A stretch of 42,342 bases of DNA from Patescibacteria group bacterium. GTDB lineage: Bacteria > Patescibacteriota > UBA1384 > 2-12-FULL-50-11 > DASWYB01. The stretch lies in assembly GCA_041486955.1 (NCBI GenBank), contig JBGPML010000001.1, positions 1 to 42,342 of the forward strand, read 5' to 3'. This document shows, in pieces, positions 32,415 to 40,980 of the stretch (positions within the stretch are counted from its first letter, which is position 1; the number at the start of each line of letters is the position of its first letter). Both the position numbers and the translations under genes were made by a program. The notes beneath the pieces are model-generated. The model was not told the DNA's origin. It saw nothing but the letters and a program-made list of their open reading frames with translations, and did no database searches.

Positions 32415-33752
32415 ATGGCCAAAACAAAAACACTGTTTGTCTGTTCCAATTGTGGAGAAGAATCGATTACTTGGCAGGGACGTTGCCCAGTCTGTGGCGA
32501 ATGGAATACATTCAAAGAGTTTAAAGTTGAAACATCATACGCTGGCACGAAAGCAAGAAATGAATCAATAACTCTCCAAACTTTGAATATTGCTCAAATA
32601 GAAGAGCATTTGGGGCGCATTTCAACAGGATTGTCTGAGTTTGACTCAGTTCTTGGCGGCGGTATTGTCAAAGGGAGTGTGATATTACTTGGAGGTGAGC
32701 CAGGAATTGGAAAATCAACCTTACTATTACAAGTCGCTCAATCAGTCGGATCAGTCGAAAAGGTTATTTACTTTTCCGGCGAAGAATCAGAAGTGCAGGT
32801 CGCTGGTCGAGCCAAGCGATTAGGTTTAGAGCCTTGTTTTCTCTTTGCCAATGAAACACGATTAACAACGATTCGCTCAGTTTTAGAAACGGAAATGCCG
32901 AGCTTAGTGATTATCGATTCTATTCAAACATTATATGATGAAGCATTTCCCAGCACACCGGGCAGTTTAGTTCAGGTTCGTGAATGTTCATTAAAGCTTC
33001 AAGATATGGCCAAACAGTTGGGTATAAGCGTCATTTTAGTCGGGCACATTACGAAAGAAGGAACGGTCGCTGGTCCGAAAACCCTCGAGCATATGGTTGA
33101 TGTGGTATTATATCTGGAGGGCGAGCCAAGGTCAGAAATGCGCATTCTGCGCAGCATGAAAAACCGCTTTGGCGCGACCAATGAAGTCGGCCTCTTCCAA
33201 TTATCAGAAACAGGCTTGTCGATTGTTACTGATCCATCGGGAGTGTTTATTGAAGACCATGGTGATCCAGTACCGGGCACAGCATTAACGGCCGTGTTGG
33301 AAGGTGTCCGACCAATTTTGGTCGAAGTCCAAGCATTAGTAATGCCGACTCCTTTCGGTTATCCTAAGCGCACCAGCCTAGGAGTAGACCTCCAACGCCT
33401 TCATATTCTTCTCGCGATACTCGATAGCCGAACCAACGCTTCCTTTGCATCGAGTGATGTGTTTATTAATGTTGTGGGAGGCTATAAGATTCAAGATCGT
33501 GGCGCCGACTTAGCATTATGTATGGCGATGCTTTCAGCGTCGGGTGGGGTTGCTATTCCGAACAAGCAAGTATTCTATGGAGAAGTCGGCTTAACCGGTG
33601 AGGTCCGTAAAGTCAGCCAAAGCGAACGTCGAGCGAAAGAAGTCAGTCGGCTTGGCTACATCGCAACTCCAAATGGCAAAACGATTCGTGATATCGGGGC
33701 TCAATTTAATCTCTTAAATAAACGAGATCGCAAAACTAATCATGCTGATTGA
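32415..33752 (+). CDS. radA: DNA repair protein RadA/Sms
   Basis: Zinc finger CSNCGEES...CPVCGEWN, Walker A GGEPGIGKST, the KNRFG motif and a Lon-like C-terminal domain. Confidence 0.95.
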   Translation: MAKTKTLFVCSNCGEESITWQGRCPVCGEWNTFKEFKVETSYAGTKARNESITLQTLNIAQIEEHLGRISTGLSEFDSVLGGGIVKGSVILLGGEPGIGKSTLLLQVAQSVGSVEKVIYFSGEESEVQVAGRAKRLGLEPCFLFANETRLTTIRSVLETEMPSLVIIDSIQTLYDEAFPSTPGSLVQVRECSLKLQDMAKQLGISVILVGHITKEGTVAGPKTLEHMVDVVLYLEGEPRSEMRILRSMKNRFGATNEVGLFQLSETGLSIVTDPSGVFIEDHGDPVPGTALTAVLEGVRPILVEVQALVMPTPFGYPKRTSLGVDLQRLHILLAILDSRTNASFASSDVFINVVGGYKIQDRGADLALCMAMLSASGGVAIPNKQVFYGEVGLTGEVRKVSQSERRAKEVSRLGYIATPNGKTIRDIGAQFNLLNKRDRKTNHAD

Positions 33753-34692
33753 AAATTCACAGGATGTCTATTTCCTCTTAATCGCTTTAGTCGTGGCCGT
33801 TTCAGCCTATTTTATCTTCAGGCGCCTACTTCATGTCTCATTTCCGTATTTCTTTTTAGGCCTCTTCGGTTTAATTATTGGGCTTCTAGTGGGATCCCTG
33901 GTTGGACGGTTACTCGTTGGGTTACCTGGGAATTTTGGCCGATGGCTTCCTCTTATTATCAACGTGATTATCGCGGTTGGCGTATTCGACCTCTTCTTAG
34001 CTCAGGCTCAAACGGCGAGCGATTTTATTCGCACGTTGCTTAAACGTGAAGAAAAAGATAACGAATTGGCAGTAGTTCTCGATACGTCTGTCTTGATTGA
34101 CGGACGCATCGAGAGTATCGTTGAGACCGGATTTATCCCTGGTAATTTAATCGTTCCCCAAGTTGTTTTGAAAGAATTACAGAAACTTGCTGATGCAAGA
34201 GATGCGATGAAGCGATCGAAAGGCAAGCGAGGGCTCGATGTCTTAGCAAGTTTACGCAATCAGCCTCGAGTCAAAATTACGGTCGTGCAAGAGCCGCAGG
34301 CGGAAGAAACAGTTGATGCCGAATTAATCCGATTAGCTCAGAAAAATAACGCACAACTGCTCACACTTGATTATAATCTTAATCAAATTGCCCACATTCG
34401 CGGCGTTCATGTCTTGAATATTAATGCGTTAGCCAGCGCACTTCGGCCGGTTCTTCTCCCTGGTGAAACGTTAATGGTCACGGTGATTCAAAAGGGCAAA
34501 GAGCCGGGGCAAGGAGTAGGTTACTTACCAGATGGGACGATGATCATTGTTGAAGGCGGAGATAAAATGGTAGACCGCGAAATTGAATGTGAAGTTGTTC
34601 GTATCTATCAAACCGTCAGTGGGAAAATTATTTTCGTTGCTCCAAAGCACCCAAATAAAGAGAAAAAGGCCAATGGGACAGATCGAAGTTGA
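33742..34692 (+). CDS. PIN/TRAM domain membrane protein (YacL-like)
   Basis: N-terminal TM helices, a PIN domain (VLDTSVLIDGRI...DAELI) and a C-terminal TRAM-like beta domain. The position after radA matches the Firmicutes yacL locus. Confidence 0.8.
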   Translation: MLIENSQDVYFLLIALVVAVSAYFIFRRLLHVSFPYFFLGLFGLIIGLLVGSLVGRLLVGLPGNFGRWLPLIINVIIAVGVFDLFLAQAQTASDFIRTLLKREEKDNELAVVLDTSVLIDGRIESIVETGFIPGNLIVPQVVLKELQKLADARDAMKRSKGKRGLDVLASLRNQPRVKITVVQEPQAEETVDAELIRLAQKNNAQLLTLDYNLNQIAHIRGVHVLNINALASALRPVLLPGETLMVTVIQKGKEPGQGVGYLPDGTMIIVEGGDKMVDREIECEVVRIYQTVSGKIIFVAPKHPNKEKKANGTDRS

Positions 34693-34717
34693 GTTACAGA
34701 CACTGCTGACCCATAAT

Positions 34718-37552
34718 CTATGGAGGAGTAACAGTATACTGTTTACTTGTTATCGTTGTGTTGCCAGTTTTATCCACAGGAATGAAAGTAATATAATTTA
34801 TGACGTTATTGGATAATCCATTGAGGGTTGTGGTCTGATTGTCTCCCGGGTGTGCGCTGACTGTCGCAATTTTAGCACCCTGAATACCGGGGGATTGGGA
34901 GGCGTATATGGCGACAGTGTTCAAATCACTATTCAAAGGATTGGTCCATGAAGCCTTAGCTTTCCCGCTTCCGTTTGGCGACAAACTAACGTTGGACACC
35001 TCGTTTGGCGGAGTGGAATCAGCTCCAACAAGAATCGTAATTTGAGTTTTCGCGCTGTGCCCATTCGTTGCTCTTATATAGGCTGAAATAACGTGAGGAC
35101 CAAGCGAAAGGTCGGCAGTGTCAAATGTGCTCGTGTACGGAGAGGAGGTATCGGTCGAATAGGGCTTATCATCGATAGCAAATTCAACTGAGCCAGTGCT
35201 GCCAGGAGGCATGGTCACCTCGGCTGAAACAGTAAAGATGCCTGAAACGGTTGAGTCACCTTCGGGACTGCTGATCAATATTTTCGGATCACTAAAGGTC
35301 AGATCGCATTTATCAGTTGGCGGATCGCTTGAGAGGCCGGCATTTCTTGCATAAGCCTGAACCGGACCTTCATAGGCTGGATTGTTCGGCTGTTCAGAAT
35401 GAACTTTCGTGTAGTTTCGTTCCTCAACCTCGTCGGTTGGAGTATCATCAGTCGCTAATTTACCATTACTTTTACAAACTTTAACGCGGACATGAACGTC
35501 ATCAAAACCATCAGGTCCTTGCCAAGGAGCAAATAAATCTTGAATAAGCTGTCCTGATGCCGGTGTTGGATTTTTGCCTGACAAGAAATCAACGGTTTTA
35601 CTCGTTACACTGTCTGGTCGCGTGAATCCCTCATTATCTTTCTTAGCCAGATATTTGGTCATAAAATCGTCCCAAATTGGGGCAGAAACAGTCGACCCCC
35701 CTCCATGATCCATTTCACTGCCGTCATTATTACCAGCCCATACTCCCGCTACGATTGATGGGGTATAACCTATCGTCCAGGCATCCTTAAAACCATTGGT
35801 GGTGCCTGTTTTAACGGCAACTGTTTTATTCGGTACCGTGAGGACGCCGAGAAGATTTCCAAAGGTCAGTTTCTTCGCGTTGATGTCGGATAGAATATCG
35901 CTAATCTCATAGGCAATCTCGGGTTTAATGACTTGTTTTGGTTCCGGCTTCCATTCGAAGAGAGTTTTCCCTCGACTATCCTGAATCTTGAGAATTGAAG
36001 TCAGTGGATTACGATCGCCATTATTGGCAAGAACGCTATACGCGGCGGTTAAGTCAACAAGTTTAACTTCTCCACCTCCAAGGGCCAGAGACAAACCGGC
36101 ATCTTTACGATCGTCTAATGTTGTAATCCCCATATTATGGGCATTTTTAATAAAGTTATCGATTCCTTCAATCTGTAAGGCTTTAACGGCCGGAATGTTA
36201 TATGAGTTGCCGAGAGCGTTACGAATCGTGAGCGGCCCGTGAAAACGTCCGTCAAAGTTATTCGGTTTATAACCATTAAAATCAGTTTGTACATCCCAGA
36301 CCACCGATCCAGGGTTCCATTTTCCTTCAAATAGTGTGGCATAGACAATTGGCTTGCCGGCTGATCCCGGTTGTCGTAACCCAGTGGCGACATTAAAGTT
36401 ACCTTCATGTTCTCGGTCAAAGTAATCAACTGATCCAACCATGGCTAACAGTTGTCCCGTTTTCGGATCAATCGCCACTAAACCGGCGTTGGAAGCTTTG
36501 GCACGAGGTAGTACCTTCGCTCCAACATTTTTCACCGCATCATCAGCCAAAGATTGAGCATCAAGGTCGAGGGTAGTGGTAACTCGTAATCCACCACGTT
36601 GAACGAGTTCTTCGCCATATTTTGCGACTAATTGTTCACGGACATACATGACAAAATGCGGGGCGGGGAAGTTGTCGCGTTTCTGGGCAAAATCCTTCGC
36701 GGCTAATGGAGTCTCTTTCTTGGCTTGATTAGCCTGTTCTTGGGTAACTGCTCCCGTTTTTACCATGTCGTCAAGTACTAAGTTTTTGCGCGCAATCAAG
36801 AGATCCACATGGTTGCCGTATGGTGAGTATCGAGTAGGTGATTGGGGGAGAGCTGCCAGCGTCGCTGCTTCAGATAGGGTCAATGGATGTTCCTTATCTT
36901 TGACTGACTTACCGTAATAAGCCTGGCTGGCTGCCTCAATACCGTAAATATTCGAACCATAAGGAATTTCATTCAAGTAAAGGGTAAGAATGTCGTCCTT
37001 TGAGTAGATTGATTCAAGTTCAAGAGAAAGAATAACTTCCTTTATCTTACGGATGACTGAACGTTTCGGCGAAAGGAGAGCATTTTTTACGTATTGCTGA
37101 GTAATTGTCGATCCCCCTTGCACTCCCTTTCCTGTAAGAGGACGGAAAATTACACCCCGAATCAGTCCACGAAAATCAATGCCGTGATGAGAGTAAAAGT
37201 TTTTATCTTCAATTGCCACAGTGGCTTTTTTACTGATATCTGGGATTTCATCAGCTTTAACCAGAATCCGACGTTCATCACCCGAAATATCATAAATCTG
37301 TTTACCATTACGATCGTATAAAATAGTTGATTCACTGGCCGAACGGGTACGAAGCTCGCCAGGTCGAGGTAGATCTTTAAAGTACCAAGCAAATAAACCA
37401 ATGCCTAAAATTATCACTCCAGCTGTAAAAATAATCCCTATTTTCAGGATTGTACGCCAGGTGATTTTTCGGAGTCGTAATTTGGGTAATTGAGCTTTCC
37501 GAAAGCGAATCGGGAAAGATCGTCGTACCCGAGTAACAAAAGGTTTAAACAT
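34718..37552 (-). CDS. class A penicillin-binding protein (glycosyltransferase + transpeptidase) with C-terminal Ig/FN3-like extension
   Basis: 944 aa. GT51 motifs EDKNFYSHHGID, GGSTITQQ and RKIKE. Transpeptidase motifs SAGK (SxxK), SYN (SxN) and KTGT. About 210 extra C-terminal residues are beta-rich. Confidence 0.93.
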   Translation of the reverse strand: MFKPFVTRVRRSFPIRFRKAQLPKLRLRKITWRTILKIGIIFTAGVIILGIGLFAWYFKDLPRPGELRTRSASESTILYDRNGKQIYDISGDERRILVKADEIPDISKKATVAIEDKNFYSHHGIDFRGLIRGVIFRPLTGKGVQGGSTITQQYVKNALLSPKRSVIRKIKEVILSLELESIYSKDDILTLYLNEIPYGSNIYGIEAASQAYYGKSVKDKEHPLTLSEAATLAALPQSPTRYSPYGNHVDLLIARKNLVLDDMVKTGAVTQEQANQAKKETPLAAKDFAQKRDNFPAPHFVMYVREQLVAKYGEELVQRGGLRVTTTLDLDAQSLADDAVKNVGAKVLPRAKASNAGLVAIDPKTGQLLAMVGSVDYFDREHEGNFNVATGLRQPGSAGKPIVYATLFEGKWNPGSVVWDVQTDFNGYKPNNFDGRFHGPLTIRNALGNSYNIPAVKALQIEGIDNFIKNAHNMGITTLDDRKDAGLSLALGGGEVKLVDLTAAYSVLANNGDRNPLTSILKIQDSRGKTLFEWKPEPKQVIKPEIAYEISDILSDINAKKLTFGNLLGVLTVPNKTVAVKTGTTNGFKDAWTIGYTPSIVAGVWAGNNDGSEMDHGGGSTVSAPIWDDFMTKYLAKKDNEGFTRPDSVTSKTVDFLSGKNPTPASGQLIQDLFAPWQGPDGFDDVHVRVKVCKSNGKLATDDTPTDEVEERNYTKVHSEQPNNPAYEGPVQAYARNAGLSSDPPTDKCDLTFSDPKILISSPEGDSTVSGIFTVSAEVTMPPGSTGSVEFAIDDKPYSTDTSSPYTSTFDTADLSLGPHVISAYIRATNGHSAKTQITILVGADSTPPNEVSNVSLSPNGSGKAKASWTNPLNSDLNTVAIYASQSPGIQGAKIATVSAHPGDNQTTTLNGLSNNVINYITFIPVDKTGNTTITSKQYTVTPP

Positions 37553-37558
37553 AAGAAC

Positions 37559-37624
37559 CTACTTCAGAAATATTTCATGATTTGTGACTGAAAGGAATCC
37601 CATGGGGGCAGTCGAAATTGTCAA
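37559..37624 (-). CDS. upstream small ORF (21 aa, TTG start), copy B of the conserved SD+peptide element
   Basis: GGAG lies 7 nt before the TTG. The peptide is (M)TISTAPMGFLSVTNHEIFLK. The stop TAG is 6 nt before the PBP ATG. About 82 percent nt identity to 7014-7086. Coding status is uncertain. Confidence 0.35.
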   Translation of the reverse strand: MTISTAPMGFLSVTNHEIFLK

Positions 37625-37670
37625 ATTCCTACTCCAATTTATTTTTGAGGTAGGTTCATCCTCCCTATCT

Positions 37671-37699
37671 ATTTTACTCGTAGCTTTGCAAGTTATCAA
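37671..37699 (-). promoter_or_regulatory. promoter candidate for the small ORF + PBP transcript (TTGATA-17-TAAAAT)
   Basis: On the minus strand, TTGATA is at 37699-37694 and TAAAAT at 37676-37671, with a 17-nt spacer. Confidence 0.55.
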
Positions 37700-37714
37700 T
37701 AAGCTGGGTATAAT
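37686..37714 (+). promoter_or_regulatory. tyrS promoter candidate (TTGCAA-17-TATAAT)
   Basis: TTGCAA at 37686-37691, 17-nt spacer, TATAAT at 37709-37714. It overlaps the divergent minus-strand promoter. Confidence 0.65.
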
Positions 37715-37760
37715 CTGAGGTAGTATTTCAGGTTTAGCTAGCAACACCGGAGCACATTTC

Positions 37761-38969
37761 ATGCACTTACCAAATGCCTCATTATTGCACCGCGGGGTAC
37801 TCGAAGTTATTGATGAGTCTCACCTCAAGAAAAGACTTTTATCAGGAGAAAAATTACGGATTAAATTGGGCATTGATCCAAGTAAACCAGATCTCCATAT
37901 TGGTCATGCCGTGCCGCTCAGAAAGATGCGCGAGTTTCAAGATGCCGGACATTTGGGTGTCCTTATTATTGGCGACACAACAGCTCAAATTGGTGATCCA
38001 ACCGATCGATCAGAGGCAAGAAAGATCCTTTCACCTGAAGAAGTTAAACAAAATGCTGCCGGTTATCTTGATCAAGCCTATAAAATTATCAACAAAGATA
38101 AAACCGAAGTCCATTGGCAATCAGAATGGTTTGATTCCTTTACCCTACGCCAAACCATGGAGCTCCTAGCCTCTACTACGGTCAATCATCTTTTATCTCA
38201 TGAAACATTTGCGGCTCGACTGAAAAGCAATGCTCCGTTTCATATGCACGAAATGATCTATCCCTTATTACAAGGGTATGATTCGGTGATGGTTAAATCC
38301 GACGTCGAATTAGGTGCGAGTGATCAAAAGTTTAACATTCTCATGGGGCGGACCATTCAACGGGCCCATAATCAACCGGAGCAGGATGTCGTGATTTTGC
38401 CTTATCTCCCGGGAACAGATGGACAAGCCAAAATGTCCAAAAGTCTCGGTAATACAATTAACTTAAATGACACGCCTGAAGATATGTTCGGTAAAGTAAT
38501 GTCAATTCCGGATAATTTAATTATGACCTATTTTGAACTCGCAACCGAGATAGATGAGGAAGAGATTGCTGATATTGAACAGCAGCTGAAGCAATCGACA
38601 ACTAATCCCCGTGATATAAAAGAAAAACTCGCCAAAACGATTGTGACAGAATATTATGACGCTTCTTCTGCTGATCAAGCCGCGACAGCATTCGACTCGG
38701 TCTTTCGACGCAAAGAAGTTCCGGAAGATATCGAAGAATTGAAATTATCACCAATGAACTATGATTTAATCGATATCCTGGTTAATAGAATAAGTTTGGT
38801 GACGAGTAAAAGCGAAGCCCGCCGACTCATTGAACAAGGTGGCGTAAAGAAAAATAATCAGGTTGTTACTGATATTTCCGAAATGGTTACCCCAAATGAC
38901 GGTCAGACAGTTGTTATCCAGGTGGGTCCGCGTCGCTTTGTTAAAGTGACTTGGAGTCGAGATTCATGA
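37761..38969 (+). CDS. tyrS: tyrosine--tRNA ligase
   Basis: 402 aa. HIGH motif DLHIGHAVP, KMSKS motif present, GDPTDRS, and a C-terminal S4-like domain (SKSEARRLIEQGGVK). Confidence 0.93.
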   Translation: MHLPNASLLHRGVLEVIDESHLKKRLLSGEKLRIKLGIDPSKPDLHIGHAVPLRKMREFQDAGHLGVLIIGDTTAQIGDPTDRSEARKILSPEEVKQNAAGYLDQAYKIINKDKTEVHWQSEWFDSFTLRQTMELLASTTVNHLLSHETFAARLKSNAPFHMHEMIYPLLQGYDSVMVKSDVELGASDQKFNILMGRTIQRAHNQPEQDVVILPYLPGTDGQAKMSKSLGNTINLNDTPEDMFGKVMSIPDNLIMTYFELATEIDEEEIADIEQQLKQSTTNPRDIKEKLAKTIVTEYYDASSADQAATAFDSVFRRKEVPEDIEELKLSPMNYDLIDILVNRISLVTSKSEARRLIEQGGVKKNNQVVTDISEMVTPNDGQTVVIQVGPRRFVKVTWSRDS

Positions 38970-40576
38970 CGCTCGATCAACAACTGAAAACGATAGTTTC
39001 CGAGTTGTATCCGGATTATTCTGGTCCAATTGAACTCTCGCTCAATCATAATATATCACTCGGAGATTTTGCTTCTCCGGTGGCTTTTGCGATCGCGAAG
39101 CAAACAGGAGGGAATGCAGCACAAATCGCTGATACAGTCGCGCAAAAACTAAATAGTGATTCTATTGCTGCGACCGTTTCTACAGGAGCGCCATTTATTA
39201 ATTTCACTTTGTCTGCTGAAGCATGGGCAGAGCTTCATGATCTAGTAAGACTAGAGATGGGGCCGAATCCTCGATCCTTAATTTCGGGGAAAAAGGTTAA
39301 TGTAGAATTCATCTCAGCTAATCCAACTGGTCCGCTTACGCTCGCCAATGCGAGAGGGGGCTACGCCGGCGATGCTTTGGCGAATATCCTCAAATTTGCT
39401 GGCGCAGAAGTCGAACGGGAATATTATTACAATGACAGTGGCAATCAAATAATGGAATTAGGGCGATCCATTGTGGCCGCCCGTGACGAAATAGAAATTG
39501 AGGGTGGCTATAAGGGGGGATATGTCCAGGAATTGGCCCAAAAAATAGATGAATCAGATCCCTATGCAGCCGGCATGAAAGGGGCTGATTATATTTTTAC
39601 CAATTGGATTAAACCGATGGTTGATCGAATGGGGATTGAGTTTGATAACTATAAATCTGAACAGAGTCTCATTGATGATGGCATCGTTGATCAGGTCATT
39701 GCTCTGTTGAAAGAGAGAGAGCTGATCTATGAAAAGGATGGTGCTCTTTGGTTAAAAGTTAAACAGTTCAGCAACACCGAAGAAGATCGAGTTCTTAAAC
39801 GATCTGATAAGGATGGGACGTATACCTATTTATTGAAGGATATTGCCTACCACTACGATAAGATTAGGCGCAGCTATACCGATCTCATCACTATCGTAGG
39901 CGCCGATCATTTTACAGAAATGAAGGCCTTAGAATTGATTGTGAATCAAATTTTAGCCCCATCGACCGAATGGAAAGGGGAGTTTCATTTATCGATCATC
40001 CAGTTCGTTCGATTGATCGAGAATGGTCAAGAAGTAAAAATGTCAAAACGCGCTGGAACGTATATTACGATTGATGACCTTCTAGATCAGATTAATTCAG
40101 ATGTTGCCCGCTTCTTTTTCTTAATGCGGGATATCAATTCATCAATGGATTTCGACTTATCTATCGCCCGCGAAACAAGTGATAAAAATCCTGTTTATTA
40201 TGTTCAATATGCCTATGTTAGGGCGAAGCATATCTTGGAAAAGGCAGATAATACGCCCAATGAGCTTAGTAACGCGTCGTTGAATGAAGATGAACGAAAA
40301 ATACTCCTCCAAATCAGCCAGTTTTCAACGGTAATTGCTAATATCGTGAAATCGCATGAGGTTCACAAATTAACGTACTTTACCATTGAGCTGGCTAAAC
40401 TGTTCCATTCATTCTACTCTAAATATCCAGTCCTCAAGTCTGAAAGTGATGAAAAGCAGAATCGTTTAGTTATAACGCATCTTACATTTGAGACATTAAA
40501 GACTGCTTTGTCACTCCTTGGTATAAGCCAACCCGATCGAATGGTTGCCACCGAAGTTATCGACTCAACGGAATGA
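38966..40576 (+). CDS. argS: arginine--tRNA ligase (atypical HIGH region)
   Basis: FISANPTGPL, YYYNDSGNQ, VGADH, VKMSKRAG and the C-terminal DALR-type domain (YVQYAYVRAKHIL). ATG 38966 (ATGA overlap with tyrS) is preferred over TTG 38951. Confidence 0.9.
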   Translation: MTLDQQLKTIVSELYPDYSGPIELSLNHNISLGDFASPVAFAIAKQTGGNAAQIADTVAQKLNSDSIAATVSTGAPFINFTLSAEAWAELHDLVRLEMGPNPRSLISGKKVNVEFISANPTGPLTLANARGGYAGDALANILKFAGAEVEREYYYNDSGNQIMELGRSIVAARDEIEIEGGYKGGYVQELAQKIDESDPYAAGMKGADYIFTNWIKPMVDRMGIEFDNYKSEQSLIDDGIVDQVIALLKERELIYEKDGALWLKVKQFSNTEEDRVLKRSDKDGTYTYLLKDIAYHYDKIRRSYTDLITIVGADHFTEMKALELIVNQILAPSTEWKGEFHLSIIQFVRLIENGQEVKMSKRAGTYITIDDLLDQINSDVARFFFLMRDINSSMDFDLSIARETSDKNPVYYVQYAYVRAKHILEKADNTPNELSNASLNEDERKILLQISQFSTVIANIVKSHEVHKLTYFTIELAKLFHSFYSKYPVLKSESDEKQNRLVITHLTFETLKTALSLLGISQPDRMVATEVIDSTE

Positions 40577-40980
40577 TCGTAACAATTTGTGGGAGCATGA
40601 CATTCGCCAGCGAAATGGGCGAGTTAAAAAATGACCTCGAATTGCTTGGACATACCGTACTTCTCCCTAAAGAGATCCACCGTTATTCAGAGAAAAACCG
40701 TATTGACAATAAACAGGAGAAGATTGAGCTTGATGTTATTCGAGTCTATTATGACGAAATTAAGCGCGGCGACTGTATTTTAGTTTACAACAAGACAAAA
40801 AATAATATAAATAACTATATTGGGGGGAATAGTTTGATTGAAATGGCATTCGCTTATGTGTTGCGCAAACCGATTTATCTTATAAACCCTATTCCCAAAA
40901 TGAATTATAGTGACGAAATCGAAGCAATGTTTCCGATTGTCATTGAAGATGATATTTCGCGAATTACTCCGACGACGTAG
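40573..40980 (+). CDS. small Rossmann-like protein, possibly nucleoside 2-deoxyribosyltransferase-like
   Basis: 135 aa. IVTICGSMTF at the N-terminus and GGNSLIEMAFAYVLRKPIY resemble that fold family. The functional call is weak. ATGA overlap with argS. Confidence 0.5.
   Translation: MIVTICGSMTFASEMGELKNDLELLGHTVLLPKEIHRYSEKNRIDNKQEKIELDVIRVYYDEIKRGDCILVYNKTKNNINNYIGGNSLIEMAFAYVLRKPIYLINPIPKMNYSDEIEAMFPIVIEDDISRITPTT

Noticed and set aside
34008-37401. Antisense or internal track ORFs within large genes (for example 34008-34259, 35988-36242, 36115-36438, 37094-37321, 37162-37401, and similar ones elsewhere)
   Set aside because: They are fully embedded in well-supported long CDSs in other frames or on the other strand, with no SD and no recognisable motifs.
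37553-37760. T-box leaders upstream of tyrS (also glyQS at 17269-17321 and argS)
   Set aside because: The leaders are 46 nt, ~0 nt and overlapping, respectively. That is far too short for a T-box (~200-300 nt), and no T-box consensus sequence is seen.
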